From positions 32,001 to 96,000 of the IMG/VR virus record IMGVR_UViG_3300044998_001357: DNA of 64,000 bases. One strand, given 5' to 3'. Under the pieces are notes generated by a model. The model worked only from the letters and a program-made list of their open reading frames with translations. It was not told the origin of the DNA and did not search any database. Below are positions 27,717 through 37,338 of the stretch, piece by piece. The translations under genes were made by a program, and so were the position numbers. Position 1 is the stretch's first letter. Each line of letters opens with the position of its first letter. The DNA is from a virus.

Positions 27717-28055
27717 ATGATGAAGTATGTGATGATTTTTCTGGCTCTGATTTGCATTGCGGCCGCTCCGGTGTTTGCCGGCTGCCCCACCGCGACGGTT
27801 TCAGCGCCTGTTGTGACGACTCAAATTGTGGCAACCCCACTGGTGGCTGTGGCGACCCCTGTGGTCGAGCTACGCCAGACCCAGACGTTTATTCCGGTGG
27901 TTACACAGCAAAAGGTTGTGCAACAGGAAGTGGTTGTCAAGCAAAATGTCGTGCAGCAAAAGGTTGTACAGCAAAAGGTTGTACAGCAAAAGGTTGTACA
28001 GCAAAAGGTGGCGCAGCAGAAGCGTAGGCTTGCGTTGCGGGCTCGCGGCCACTAA
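27717..28055 (+). CDS. Small exported Val/Gln-rich repeat protein
   Basis: Sec signal AAAPVFA-G; repeated QQKVV units. Confidence 0.7.
   Translation: MMKYVMIFLALICIAAAPVFAGCPTATVSAPVVTTQIVATPLVAVATPVVELRQTQTFIPVVTQQKVVQQEVVVKQNVVQQKVVQQKVVQQKVVQQKVAQQKRRLALRARGH
27954..28010 (+). repeat. 15-bp tandem repeat CAGCAAAAGGTTGTA, about 3.8 copies
   Basis: Read directly; encodes QQKVV. Confidence 0.95.
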
Positions 28056-28082
28056 GCCTACCATCCTGAAGAGCAACTTCTT

Positions 28083-28115
28083 ACGCCACGGAAAAACTCC
28101 GTGGCGTTCTTATTT
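28083..28115 (+). terminator. Intrinsic terminator closing the exported-protein operon
   Basis: ACGCCACGGA-AAAAC-TCCGTGGCGT then TCTTATTT. Confidence 0.8.
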
Positions 28116-28141
28116 GACAATCGACGTTTCTGAATTACCAT
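28114..28141 (+). promoter_or_regulatory. Sigma70-like promoter
   Basis: TTGACA-16 bp-TACCAT ahead of an AGGAGG RBS. Confidence 0.5.
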
Positions 28142-28163
28142 GGGCCCATCCCAGGAGGTGACG

Positions 28164-28739
28164 ATGCAAACCGTTCAACGATTAAATAATCTGTTGTGTC
28201 ACATATCCAATGTGCGAAAGGCATGTTTGATTATTGCTGCACAACTTTTGCGAAGGAACCAGGAACAGCTTGCCATCCGTTTAATACAGGCTTCGCAGTT
28301 CCACGATGTCTCCAAGTTTCAGGGTATGGAGTTTGAGTACTTGAACGACAACCAATGGCCACGACCTGAAAACGACCTTCGGAAAGCTGAATTCGACCGG
28401 GCGGTCAGTCTGCATGTCTACAACAATTCGCATCACCCGGAATACTGGGACGGCATCCATAACATGCCCGAGCTTTCGGTGGCGGAAATGGTCGCGGACT
28501 GGCAGGCACGCTCGTGGGAGCAAAACACCGACCTGGAAGAATGGATCAGAGCAAAAGCCACCAAGAGGTTTGGCTTCTCTGAAAAAGACCCAGTCTTTCA
28601 AGTTATTTTGAAGTACGTTGGTATGCTAAAAGGAGAGATTCCTGATGTGCAAGTGGGACTGGCGATTTCTGAAGCTGGCCCGGCAGGTCGCCTCGTGGAG
28701 CAAAGACCCCTCCACTCAGACCGGTGCGGTAATTGTTGA
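28164..28739 (+). CDS. DUF5662/HD-like phosphohydrolase
   Basis: HISNV, HDVSKF, H...NSHHPEYW, EMVADW. Confidence 0.7.
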   Translation: MQTVQRLNNLLCHISNVRKACLIIAAQLLRRNQEQLAIRLIQASQFHDVSKFQGMEFEYLNDNQWPRPENDLRKAEFDRAVSLHVYNNSHHPEYWDGIHNMPELSVAEMVADWQARSWEQNTDLEEWIRAKATKRFGFSEKDPVFQVILKYVGMLKGEIPDVQVGLAISEAGPAGRLVEQRPLHSDRCGNC

Positions 28740-29541
28740 TTCTAGTCGTCGAATTGTCTCGGTGGGCTACAACGGCTTTGCTCGTGGCGTGGACGACACC
28801 CCAGAGCGGTATCTGGAGCGCGAACTTAAGTATCGTCTCATTGTGCATTGTGAACGCAATGCTCTTCTGTTCGCGGACACCCACCGACTTAAGGGCGCGA
28901 CCCTGTACACCTGGCCGTTCATGAGTTGCTCGGTTTGTGCGGGTATGGTCATTCAGTCGGGAATCAGGCGGTGTGTGGCTCCTTTTATCCCCGAGGACAA
29001 GCGTGAGCGTTGGGAGGCGGATATGAAGCTGGCCACCCAGCAGTTCCAGGAGGCGGGGGTGGAGCTCTGTCTGCTTGATGGTCGATTCGAATTTGTTAGT
29101 GACTTCATAGACCACCACAACATGAAGATTGTTGCGAGTTCTGGCCATTTCGACCCCCTTCACGAGGGTCATCTGCGTTACCTAGAGGCGGCCTCACGTC
29201 TGGGGGATTTTCACGTGGTGATTGTCAACAGTGACGCTCAACTTTGTCTAAAGGGTCGTCAACCTTTGCTCAACGAACAACAGCGACTGGAAGTAATTCG
29301 CTCGCTCAAATTCGTCGATGCCGCCGTGCTCTCGGTCGACCAGGACCGCTCGGTCGCGCAGACACTACAAAATATTCGGCCTGCTGTTTTCGCCAATGGT
29401 GGCGATGTGGTTGACGAAAGCCAGTGTCGTGAAGCCATGACCTGCCGATTCCTGGGAATCCAGATGGTTTTTGGTGTGGGAGGTTCCCACAAAATCGCTT
29501 CCTCTAGTGAGCTCCTCGGACGGTTTGTCAAGTCCTCTTGA
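28645..29541 (+). CDS. dCMP deaminase fused to an HxGH cytidylyltransferase-like domain
   Basis: WSKDPSTQTGAVI, HCERNA, CSVC; then SGHFDPLHEGHLRYL, IVNSD, FANGGD, SSSELL. Confidence 0.85.
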   Translation: MCKWDWRFLKLARQVASWSKDPSTQTGAVIVDSSRRIVSVGYNGFARGVDDTPERYLERELKYRLIVHCERNALLFADTHRLKGATLYTWPFMSCSVCAGMVIQSGIRRCVAPFIPEDKRERWEADMKLATQQFQEAGVELCLLDGRFEFVSDFIDHHNMKIVASSGHFDPLHEGHLRYLEAASRLGDFHVVIVNSDAQLCLKGRQPLLNEQQRLEVIRSLKFVDAAVLSVDQDRSVAQTLQNIRPAVFANGGDVVDESQCREAMTCRFLGIQMVFGVGGSHKIASSSELLGRFVKSS

Positions 29542-29587
29542 TGGTGTATCTGACTGGGCTGTCTCAAGACTGTTCGGGAGAATGATA

Positions 29588-31501
29588 ATGAGTATTTTTG
29601 AGAAACGTACGGCTTTCAAGCCGTTCGAATACCCAGATATTGTCAAATTCAAGGAGGCTATTAACCATAGCTATTGGTTGGTGAGCGAGTGGACGTTCTT
29701 GTCCGATTTGGATGATTTTCATACCCGGCTCACCCCGGTCGAGCGTTCCGCCGTCAAGAACGCCCTGCTGGCCATTTCGCAGGTGGAAGTGGCCGTCAAG
29801 AAGTTCTGGGGGCGTCTGGGAGACCGAATCCCCAAGCCCGAGTTCGAGCAGGTAGGGGCGACGTTCGCGGAATGTTTTGCCGATGGTACGGAGGTGCTTA
29901 CCCCGACCGGATGGGTAGACCTGGCCGAGGTCGTGGTGGGAGACGAGGTTCTTCAGTTTAACCAGGACGGCTCTTTCTCTTTTGCTCGGGTGACTCATAA
30001 GGTAGACCGCGAGTACACCGGTCCGATACATCGTTTCCACAATAGAAACACAGAAATACTTGTTACTCCTAATCATAGAATGGTTTGCTTTAATAAAGCC
30101 GGCGAGTACATTGTGACCACTGCCGAAAACCTCTCTGTGCGAAACACCAATCTGTTTCTTCCCGAGGCGGGTCGGCTGGTCGGCGATGGCGCTACCGAAC
30201 TGTCGTTCGAAGAACGGTTGCGTGTGGCCATCCAGGCCGATGGTAATCGCCCAACGACGGGCCGGCGACCGCGATTGGGAGATGGGTCCGGGGTTGAATA
30301 CGAAATCCGTATTAGCGAGCCACGCAAGGTCGAGCGACTAGACTGGATTCTTTCCAATCTTCCTGCGATTGGGTCGTCCAAACGACCCATTCCTTCGCAT
30401 CCAGGCATGTTTTGTTACACGATTGGGATTGATGCAGAATACAACTACAAAGAATTTGACTGGGTTACTCTTGTCGGGAAAACAGCAGAGTGGTGCGAGG
30501 ATTTTATTCAAGAACTCGCGGAGTGGGATGGAACACGACCGGCTGGTAAGAAGGTGAAGTATTCCACTACCAATCGGGCAGCCGCCGACGTGGCTCAGAT
30601 GGTTGGGGTCGGAGCGGGTTACCGAGTTCACCTTGGAACCTACACGGATAAGCGCAAGGATGTGTATATCGTCTCTTTCACTTGCAATAGAGAGCGGGTT
30701 AACTTGCCGTCGCTTAAGAGGGAGGTGGTGGACTACTCGGGGTGGGTGCGATGTGTGACGGTTCCTTCAGGTGCCATCATTACCCGGTATAATGACCAGA
30801 CTTTTATTGCCGGCAACTGTGAGGTGCGCCATGCGGATGCTTATTCTCATCTCCTGGAAATTCTGGGCCTGAATACTGACTTTGAGTTATTACTCAAAAT
30901 TCCAGAGATGCAGGGACGGGTGGAATATCTAGGTGAGTCTGTTCGGAGTGGACCCACCAATTCTGATTTCGCTTCTACATTGTCACTCTTCTCTCTTTTT
31001 GTAGAGAATGTGTCGTTATTTGGACAGTTTCTTGTGGTGAAAAGTATCAACAAGCATCGAAACTTGTTGAAAGATATTGACAATGTCATTCAGGCCACTC
31101 AACAGGAAGAGACTATTCACGCTCGGTTTGGGGCGTTTTTGGTCAATCTTATCAAGGCTGAGCACCCCGAGTGGTTTAACGATGATTTTGTCGTCCGTGT
31201 GCGTGAGGCGTGTCTGCGTGCGTATAAGTATGAGCATGCAATCATAAATTGGATTTATTCCGGCGGTGACCTTCCCTACCTTCCTCGCGAGGACATTTTT
31301 ACGTTCCTGCAGCACCGCTTCAACACCAGCCTGGCGATGATTGGTATCGAACCTCTCTTCGAGGTGGACCAGGCCCGGCTCGATAAAACCTTCTGGTTTG
31401 ATGAGGAAGTCCTGACCGAAACCCGAACCGACTTCTTCCACAAACGACCTGTCTCCTATTCCAAGCACAATAAGCCCGTGAATGCGGAGGATTTGTTCTA
31501 A
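29588..31501 (+). CDS. nrdB: Ribonucleotide reductase class I beta subunit with intein
   Basis: FKPFEYP, W..SEW, SQVE, E|CEVRHADAY, VENVSLF, EETIH, DFFHKRPVSY. Confidence 0.93.
   Translation: MSIFEKRTAFKPFEYPDIVKFKEAINHSYWLVSEWTFLSDLDDFHTRLTPVERSAVKNALLAISQVEVAVKKFWGRLGDRIPKPEFEQVGATFAECFADGTEVLTPTGWVDLAEVVVGDEVLQFNQDGSFSFARVTHKVDREYTGPIHRFHNRNTEILVTPNHRMVCFNKAGEYIVTTAENLSVRNTNLFLPEAGRLVGDGATELSFEERLRVAIQADGNRPTTGRRPRLGDGSGVEYEIRISEPRKVERLDWILSNLPAIGSSKRPIPSHPGMFCYTIGIDAEYNYKEFDWVTLVGKTAEWCEDFIQELAEWDGTRPAGKKVKYSTTNRAAADVAQMVGVGAGYRVHLGTYTDKRKDVYIVSFTCNRERVNLPSLKREVVDYSGWVRCVTVPSGAIITRYNDQTFIAGNCEVRHADAYSHLLEILGLNTDFELLLKIPEMQGRVEYLGESVRSGPTNSDFASTLSLFSLFVENVSLFGQFLVVKSINKHRNLLKDIDNVIQATQQEETIHARFGAFLVNLIKAEHPEWFNDDFVVRVREACLRAYKYEHAIINWIYSGGDLPYLPREDIFTFLQHRFNTSLAMIGIEPLFEVDQARLDKTFWFDEEVLTETRTDFFHKRPVSYSKHNKPVNAEDLF
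29873..30817 (+). mobile_element. Intein (315 aa) with LAGLIDADG-type endonuclease in nrdB
   Basis: Starts CFADGTEVLT, block B VTPNH, QADG/EWDG blocks, ends FIAGN|C. Confidence 0.92.
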
Positions 31502-34092
31502 TGAGCGCAGAGTATATCTGGTACACTGAATATACGCATAAGTTCATGAATGCGGGGAGTGGCTACCTTCTGTCCGGTGAGAACGTGGATGAACGCGTTT
31601 GGGAAATCTGTAACACCGCCGAGAAGCGTCTGAAGAAACCGGGCTTCGCCAAGAAGTTCCGTTCATACTTCCAGAGGGGTTGGTACTCGTTTTCAACCCC
31701 CATCTGGGCCAACTTTGGCACCGACCGGGGTTTGCCAATCAGTTGTTATAATTCGCATATCTCGGATTCAATTGATTCGATTCTGGGACATGCGCACGCC
31801 GAAATTGCCATGATGACCAAGTTGGGTGGCGGCACTTCGGCTTACTACGGTGAGGTGCGTGGTCGTGGTGAACCCATTCAGGGAGGCAAAAACGGCCAGT
31901 CTTTTGGCTCGGTCCATTTCGCCAAACATCACGAGTCGCTGATTCAGACCTGCTCGCAGGGCAGTTGCTACGCCGAGGGAACGGAAGTTCTGACCGACCG
32001 GGGATATGTCGATTTTCGCTATGTGAGGCCGACCGACAAATTGGCTCAACTTGACGACCGGAACCGCGTCTCGTTCACGAGCGACTACGAGTTGGTCCGA
32101 AACCCGTTTCGCGGGAACCTGAAAGTTCTGCGACTGAAGAAGCAGGGTGATGTGGTTTGCCGGGTAACGCCGAATCACCGAATGGTGGTGACTCGGCTAA
32201 AGATGGAAGCGCAGCAGCGGTACTGGCCCAACAACACCGAAATCGTCGCAGCTGCTGACCTTAAAGTCCATAGAGGTAATCGCATCCCAGCCGCCGGACA
32301 TCTTGCACAAGGCTCTCGACCTTTCACCTTTGCCGACCGCTTCCGGGTTGCGTTCCAGGCTAATGGGAAAAACGACAGCAACACCATCCGCTTCCGGCTT
32401 AAGAAGACCGGCAAGGTCAAGCGACTATTGTGGATTGCGTCTGGTCTTGGGGTCGAGTGCCGCATGACCAAAACCAACAGCATCACAGACCTGGTTTTCG
32501 ACCACTCGCCCGACCTAAAGGTCGCCAAGTTCTCGGATTGGGTGTCGCTAGCCGACATCGACAAGCAGTGGGCAGTCGACTTCCTGGATGAGCTAGGGCG
32601 ATGGGGTACTCAGACGGGCGAACGGGTCAATTACTATAGCACCGACCGAGAGAATGTCGATTTCGTCCAGGCGGTAGCCTCTATTTGTGGTCGCAAGACC
32701 CGACTGTCCGTTCGTCCGGCTAACGGCGCTCGTCGTCCGCTCTATAAGCTGACCATCGTCGAACAGGACTACCGCTCGGGCGAATCGCTTACGATTGAAG
32801 ATGAGCTGTACGACGGAACCGTCTACTGCGCGGTTGTTCCGCATGGGCGGCTACTAGTGAGGACCAACGGCCAGGTTACGGTCTGCGGCAACACGCGACG
32901 AGGGAACTTCGCGGGCTACTGGCCCATCGACCACCCGGATATTATGGAGGTCTTGCGTATCAAGACCGATGGTTTCCCCATTCAGCACATCTTTTCCGGA
33001 GTGTGTGTGGGCGACCAGTGGCTGACCGATATGGTCAACGGCGACAGGGTCAAACGGGAAGTCTGGGCAGAGGTGATTCGGGCTCGCCAGAACACCGGCA
33101 TTCCCTACATCCTGTTTATTGATACGGTTAATCGCGCCCGGCCGCAGTGGTACAAGGACCAGAACCTGGTGGTCAAATCCAGTAATCTTTGTGTTGAGAC
33201 GACCCCCACCTCCAACGAGGAGGAGTCCTTTGTTTGTGACCTCTCCAGTATGAATGTTCGGTACTTCCTAGAGTGGAAAGATACCGACGCCCCTTATCTC
33301 ATGACCTACTTCCTGGATGCGGTCATGAGCGAGTTCATCGAGAAGGCGTCGAGCATTCCCTATATGGAACGCGCGGTGCGTTACGCCGCGAGACATCGTT
33401 CGCTCGGCGTTGGCTGGTTTGGTTGGCATCACCTGCTCCAAAGTCAGATGATTCCGTTTGAGGGGATGGAGGCCAAGAATCTCAATTCGTTGGTGGCACG
33501 AACCATCCAGCGGGGCTGTATCCAGGCCAGCGAGGATATGGCTCGCGAGTATGGCGAACCCGAGGTGACCAAGGGTTACGGTCGACGACATGCGCTGCTC
33601 CAGGCGATTGCTCCCACCACCTCCTCGGCGTTTATTATCAATCAAACGTCGGAGAGTATCGAGCCGTTGGTGAGCAACTATGAGGTCAAAGACCTTGCCA
33701 AGGGAAAGTTCACGGTTCGCAATCCCTATCTGACAGAGGTTCTCAAAGCCTACGGCAAGGACGACCGTGGAACCTGGCAGTCGATTCTGGAGCGCGGTGG
33801 TAGTGTGCAACACCTTTCTTTCCTGACCCAGCGGGAGCGAGAGGTGTTTAAGACATTCCCGGAAATCTCCCAGCTGGAAATCGTTCAGCAGGCAGCCCAG
33901 CGTCAGCAGTACATCGACCAGGGTCAGTCGCTCAATCTGTTCTTGACCCCCAATGTCCCCACCAAGGAGGTGAACCAACTGCTCCTGGAAGGCTGGCGCA
34001 GTGGGGTGAAGAGCTTCTACTACAACAAGGGCCTCAATGCCGCACAACAACTCACAAGAAGCGTTCTTTCCTGTACTTCCTGTGAGGCTTGA
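31501..34092 (+). CDS. nrdA: Ribonucleotide reductase class I alpha subunit (no ATP cone) with intein
   Basis: STPIWAN, LPISC, GGGT, QGS|TRRG, SNLCVE, IAPTTSS, QQYIDQGQSLN, C-terminal CTSCEA. Confidence 0.95.
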   Translation: MSAEYIWYTEYTHKFMNAGSGYLLSGENVDERVWEICNTAEKRLKKPGFAKKFRSYFQRGWYSFSTPIWANFGTDRGLPISCYNSHISDSIDSILGHAHAEIAMMTKLGGGTSAYYGEVRGRGEPIQGGKNGQSFGSVHFAKHHESLIQTCSQGSCYAEGTEVLTDRGYVDFRYVRPTDKLAQLDDRNRVSFTSDYELVRNPFRGNLKVLRLKKQGDVVCRVTPNHRMVVTRLKMEAQQRYWPNNTEIVAAADLKVHRGNRIPAAGHLAQGSRPFTFADRFRVAFQANGKNDSNTIRFRLKKTGKVKRLLWIASGLGVECRMTKTNSITDLVFDHSPDLKVAKFSDWVSLADIDKQWAVDFLDELGRWGTQTGERVNYYSTDRENVDFVQAVASICGRKTRLSVRPANGARRPLYKLTIVEQDYRSGESLTIEDELYDGTVYCAVVPHGRLLVRTNGQVTVCGNTRRGNFAGYWPIDHPDIMEVLRIKTDGFPIQHIFSGVCVGDQWLTDMVNGDRVKREVWAEVIRARQNTGIPYILFIDTVNRARPQWYKDQNLVVKSSNLCVETTPTSNEEESFVCDLSSMNVRYFLEWKDTDAPYLMTYFLDAVMSEFIEKASSIPYMERAVRYAARHRSLGVGWFGWHHLLQSQMIPFEGMEAKNLNSLVARTIQRGCIQASEDMAREYGEPEVTKGYGRRHALLQAIAPTTSSAFIINQTSESIEPLVSNYEVKDLAKGKFTVRNPYLTEVLKAYGKDDRGTWQSILERGGSVQHLSFLTQREREVFKTFPEISQLEIVQQAAQRQQYIDQGQSLNLFLTPNVPTKEVNQLLLEGWRSGVKSFYYNKGLNAAQQLTRSVLSCTSCEA
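31966..32892 (+). mobile_element. Intein (309 aa) with degenerate endonuclease in nrdA
   Basis: Starts CYAEGTEVLT, VTPNH, QANG/GRWG, ends TVCGN|T. Confidence 0.92.
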
Positions 34093-34204
34093 CGTTTCTT
34101 TATTTGCGGCGATAGTCAATTACCCCTAAGACCTTTTGGGGTACTTTATATGGGTTTCCAGGGGCGAAGGAACGCTCCTGGGGACCATCGAGGCCCCTTT
34201 CTTT

Positions 34205-35239
34205 ATGGACCCACAAAAACTACATTCGCTTCGACATCCCAATGTGCCTTTCACCGCTTCGCAGTGGTCTGAAGGCCAGACACTACACGTTGCGGCCGTT
34301 TACTCCAATCCGGTTCGCTGGCGTACCCGACGGCAACTCTTTCTGGATTTTCGCCGGCATATGGAGTCGTGCCCCAATGTGCGGCTTTACGTGGGCGAAA
34401 TCGCCTACGGTGAGCGACCATTTGAGGTGACGCGACCAGACCATCCCTATGATTTTCAGTTTCGCTCCACCCACGAATTATGGCATAAAGAAAATCTCAT
34501 TAATCTGGTGGTCCAACGCTTTGCACCCGACTGGCAGTACGGGGCCTATGTCGACGGCGACGTGGTGATGACCCGTTATGACTGGGCCCTGGAGTCCATC
34601 CATCTGCTTCAGCACTATGACTGGCTGCAGCTTTTTAGCCATTATTGCGACCTGGGCCCCAAACATGAGCCGTTGCGAATCACACCCAGTTTTATGCAGC
34701 GGTGGACCACGGGAGACCTAACCCGTGAGGAATCGAAACGGCTTTACCGTGGCGAACCATATGTGGTGGGGGACGGACCGGCCAAACGTCCCGGAGCGGC
34801 GGCAACGGGACTGGCCTGGGCCTTTCGTCGCAACTCTTTTGAGGCCTGTGGAGGGCTTCTGGATACCTGCGTGGTCGGTTCAGGAGACTGGCACATGGCC
34901 TTTGGACTGATTGGCCTGCCCGATGAACACCCCCAGACGCCCGAGCTCCAGCATTGCGGTAGGGCGTATGCCGAGTCGATTCGCATCTGGCAAAACCGTG
35001 CCTCGCGTGCGGTGCGCGGCAACGTCGGGGTGCTCGATTGCCTAGCGGTGCATCACTATCACGGCCGCAAGGACCAGCGTGGCTACAGCTGGCGCTGGCA
35101 GATTTTACGCGATAATGATTTTGACCCCCGTCAGGACATCTTTCGGGATTACCAGGGGTTGTGGCAACTCCATGACCACAAACCCCAGTTGCGCGATGCG
35201 ATTCGCGCGTATTTTCGTGGACGCAATGAGGACGTATGA
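34205..35239 (+). CDS. GT-A-fold glycosyltransferase-like protein
   Basis: LWHKENLINL, YVDGDV (DxD), VGSGDW, HHYHG. Confidence 0.55.
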   Translation: MDPQKLHSLRHPNVPFTASQWSEGQTLHVAAVYSNPVRWRTRRQLFLDFRRHMESCPNVRLYVGEIAYGERPFEVTRPDHPYDFQFRSTHELWHKENLINLVVQRFAPDWQYGAYVDGDVVMTRYDWALESIHLLQHYDWLQLFSHYCDLGPKHEPLRITPSFMQRWTTGDLTREESKRLYRGEPYVVGDGPAKRPGAAATGLAWAFRRNSFEACGGLLDTCVVGSGDWHMAFGLIGLPDEHPQTPELQHCGRAYAESIRIWQNRASRAVRGNVGVLDCLAVHHYHGRKDQRGYSWRWQILRDNDFDPRQDIFRDYQGLWQLHDHKPQLRDAIRAYFRGRNEDV

Positions 35240-35359
35240 TGACGCCGCAATAGAAGCTGATTCAGATTATCGCTCCGCCGGGGTGGTGTTTGCTCTTTTT
35301 CTTGGGTCAAAAGAAGCGGTTGCCGAGTAATACTCTTTAGCTAAATCCGGGAGTAACCG

Positions 35360-35788
35360 ATGCCGACCTATCCCTACCACTGCGAAGCCTGTGGAAAAGA
35401 GTTTGATGAATTTCGTTTCATGAACGAACCCGCTCCCGAAGTGTGTCCTTACTGCGGGGTCCGGGGCCGGCTTCGTCAAATTTTCCATGGCGGCGAGGTG
35501 GTGGGGATGGTTCGTGGCTACGAGAACGCCAAGACGTTCGGGCAGGTGGCCGAACTCAATGCCAAGCGTATGGGCAAGGAACAGCTGGACAGGATGCGGG
35601 AAGAAGCCAATCAAAAATCTCCCTTCACCGGAAAACTTCCCGATGGCGCTCGGGTTAACGAGCGCAAGTCCGAAGAGGTTCCCATCTGGCGGGACGGTTC
35701 GCTGGGCAACAAGCCTATGAGCAAGCCGCTGGATATGAAAAAAGTGAAGAATGTAGAGAAATATATTCATACAGGAGAAATGGGATGA
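35360..35788 (+). CDS. FmdB-family zinc-ribbon protein
   Basis: MPTYPYHCEACG..F.....CPYCG. Confidence 0.85.
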   Translation: MPTYPYHCEACGKEFDEFRFMNEPAPEVCPYCGVRGRLRQIFHGGEVVGMVRGYENAKTFGQVAELNAKRMGKEQLDRMREEANQKSPFTGKLPDGARVNERKSEEVPIWRDGSLGNKPMSKPLDMKKVKNVEKYIHTGEMG

Positions 35789-36009
35789 ACCTTCTTGAGC
35801 AGGTGGTGCAAGGAAGTGATGAGGCTCCTCACAAGGCGATTATCTGGATTCGTGCCGAGGTGTACGACCTAACCAGGACTGGCGAGTGTTCGGGGAATCC
35901 TCGCTATGGAATCAACCCCTTTGCCATTGAGATTGAGGGGTCCAACAAACCCGAAGTGATTCGGCGACTGAACGAGAGGCTTGAGCAAATCAAGACCAGT
36001 CATGGATGA
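35785..36009 (+). CDS. Hypothetical protein
   Basis: ATGA overlap, AGGAG RBS. Confidence 0.6.
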   Translation: MNLLEQVVQGSDEAPHKAIIWIRAEVYDLTRTGECSGNPRYGINPFAIEIEGSNKPEVIRRLNERLEQIKTSHG

Positions 36010-36304
36010 GTACATTAAGTGTTCATCTTGTAACGCAATTCTCATGCATATTCTTCGCACGCGTCCCCAGGAACCGGAAATCTGGAGACTGCGTGCAACC
36101 TGCCCTTTTTGCGGCGATAGGTCGTTTATCGTCGATATTAAGGGAGGGTTTTGTCCGGGTGGGTATGGTCGCCCGGTAGAAGGCAGTCCAAGCGATGATT
36201 ATCCCAGTACAGCCATCGACCACTGGGAAATCGAAGATTGTGTCATCACTTTCCACATAAGAAAGGCCGAGGAAAATGCAAAGCCCTGCTACCGAACCGA
36301 CTAA
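36002..36304 (+). CDS. Zinc-ribbon protein
   Basis: CSSC...CPFCG. Confidence 0.6.
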   Translation: MDEYIKCSSCNAILMHILRTRPQEPEIWRLRATCPFCGDRSFIVDIKGGFCPGGYGRPVEGSPSDDYPSTAIDHWEIEDCVITFHIRKAEENAKPCYRTD

Positions 36305-36608
36305 GACCAGTTATGGAATTGACGGTACTATCGCGCAGGATAAGGAGCTTATATTCGCACAGACTGTTGTGGACCAACACTCAGGCCGGAAAAGCTACTT
36401 TGTTCGGGTGTCTCGAACCCAGCATGGCTCTCTGCTTAATCCGTATGTCGATGGGTATCTGGAGAGCTACATGCGGGCGAATCATCCTGTGTACGGAGAA
36501 ATGTATCCGTTCAGGTCTGTTGATGAGAAAGTTTTCAACTGTTATCTTGACTTTTTGAGGACGAAAAATCCTCTTCTGTTTATTCACTTACAAAGGATGA
36601 TGACATGA
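36276..36608 (+). CDS. Hypothetical protein
   Basis: GAGG RBS; operon context. Confidence 0.6.
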   Translation: MQSPATEPTKTSYGIDGTIAQDKELIFAQTVVDQHSGRKSYFVRVSRTQHGSLLNPYVDGYLESYMRANHPVYGEMYPFRSVDEKVFNCYLDFLRTKNPLLFIHLQRMMT

Positions 36609-36919
36609 CCGAGTCGCAGAAGTACTACCTGAATCAGTTTGGCAATCAGCTTCCGCTGGAAGAAATCGTGAAGCACACCGGGCTGACGGCCACCCAGGTG
36701 AAACGATACCTTAAGAAAAACAAGCCGGCGGAAGCCGCTCAGTCTGAGGCAGTTAGTCAGGCCGGCTACCAGGTTCAATCAGGCAATCCCGATGCGCCGG
36801 AACGCTTTGGTTCGCTGGCGATGACTCAGGCCGCGTCTCATCAGGGGGATAATATCAGAAAAGGGAGTAATAATCCCAAGTATCATGATAGTGTTCATAT
36901 TATCAGGCAGAAAAAATGA
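36605..36919 (+). CDS. Hypothetical protein with N-terminal HTH-like segment
   Basis: LPLEEIVKHTGLTATQVKRYL. Confidence 0.55.
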   Translation: MTESQKYYLNQFGNQLPLEEIVKHTGLTATQVKRYLKKNKPAEAAQSEAVSQAGYQVQSGNPDAPERFGSLAMTQAASHQGDNIRKGSNNPKYHDSVHIIRQKK

Positions 36920-37338
36920 TTCATGGTGAAGATGACTACACCCGATGTCTGGAGTACGACCAGGGGGTGACCCTGTGGAGGGTTCAGCTGAGCGACGGTC
37001 GAATCATCGTGCAGGACGATGGACGACCCGGTGAGCAAGAGCCGTCTGCGTGGCTTCGGCTTTCTTCCTACCTGAAAGACAATCCTTTCTCGATTGAGCG
37101 ATTCTGGCTACAGTTTCGCTCCCATCATCTGCTCGACATCTTACCCTTGCGAGCTCCTGGCTATTTTTTTAGCAAGGGGCTTGCAGCCAATCTGTCTGGT
37201 TCCATGGTCTCGTTTTACCAACTGGGATTTATCCAGGAAGACCGGCTGATGGTGGGCCGCTGGGTCGTTCCCGATTTGGTGTTTCTAGGATGGGAATCGC
37301 GACCTATTCCAGAAGACTATATGATTTGGTCTAGCTAG
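36916..37338 (+). CDS. Hypothetical protein
   Basis: ATGA overlap. Confidence 0.6.
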   Translation: MIHGEDDYTRCLEYDQGVTLWRVQLSDGRIIVQDDGRPGEQEPSAWLRLSSYLKDNPFSIERFWLQFRSHHLLDILPLRAPGYFFSKGLAANLSGSMVSFYQLGFIQEDRLMVGRWVVPDLVFLGWESRPIPEDYMIWSS

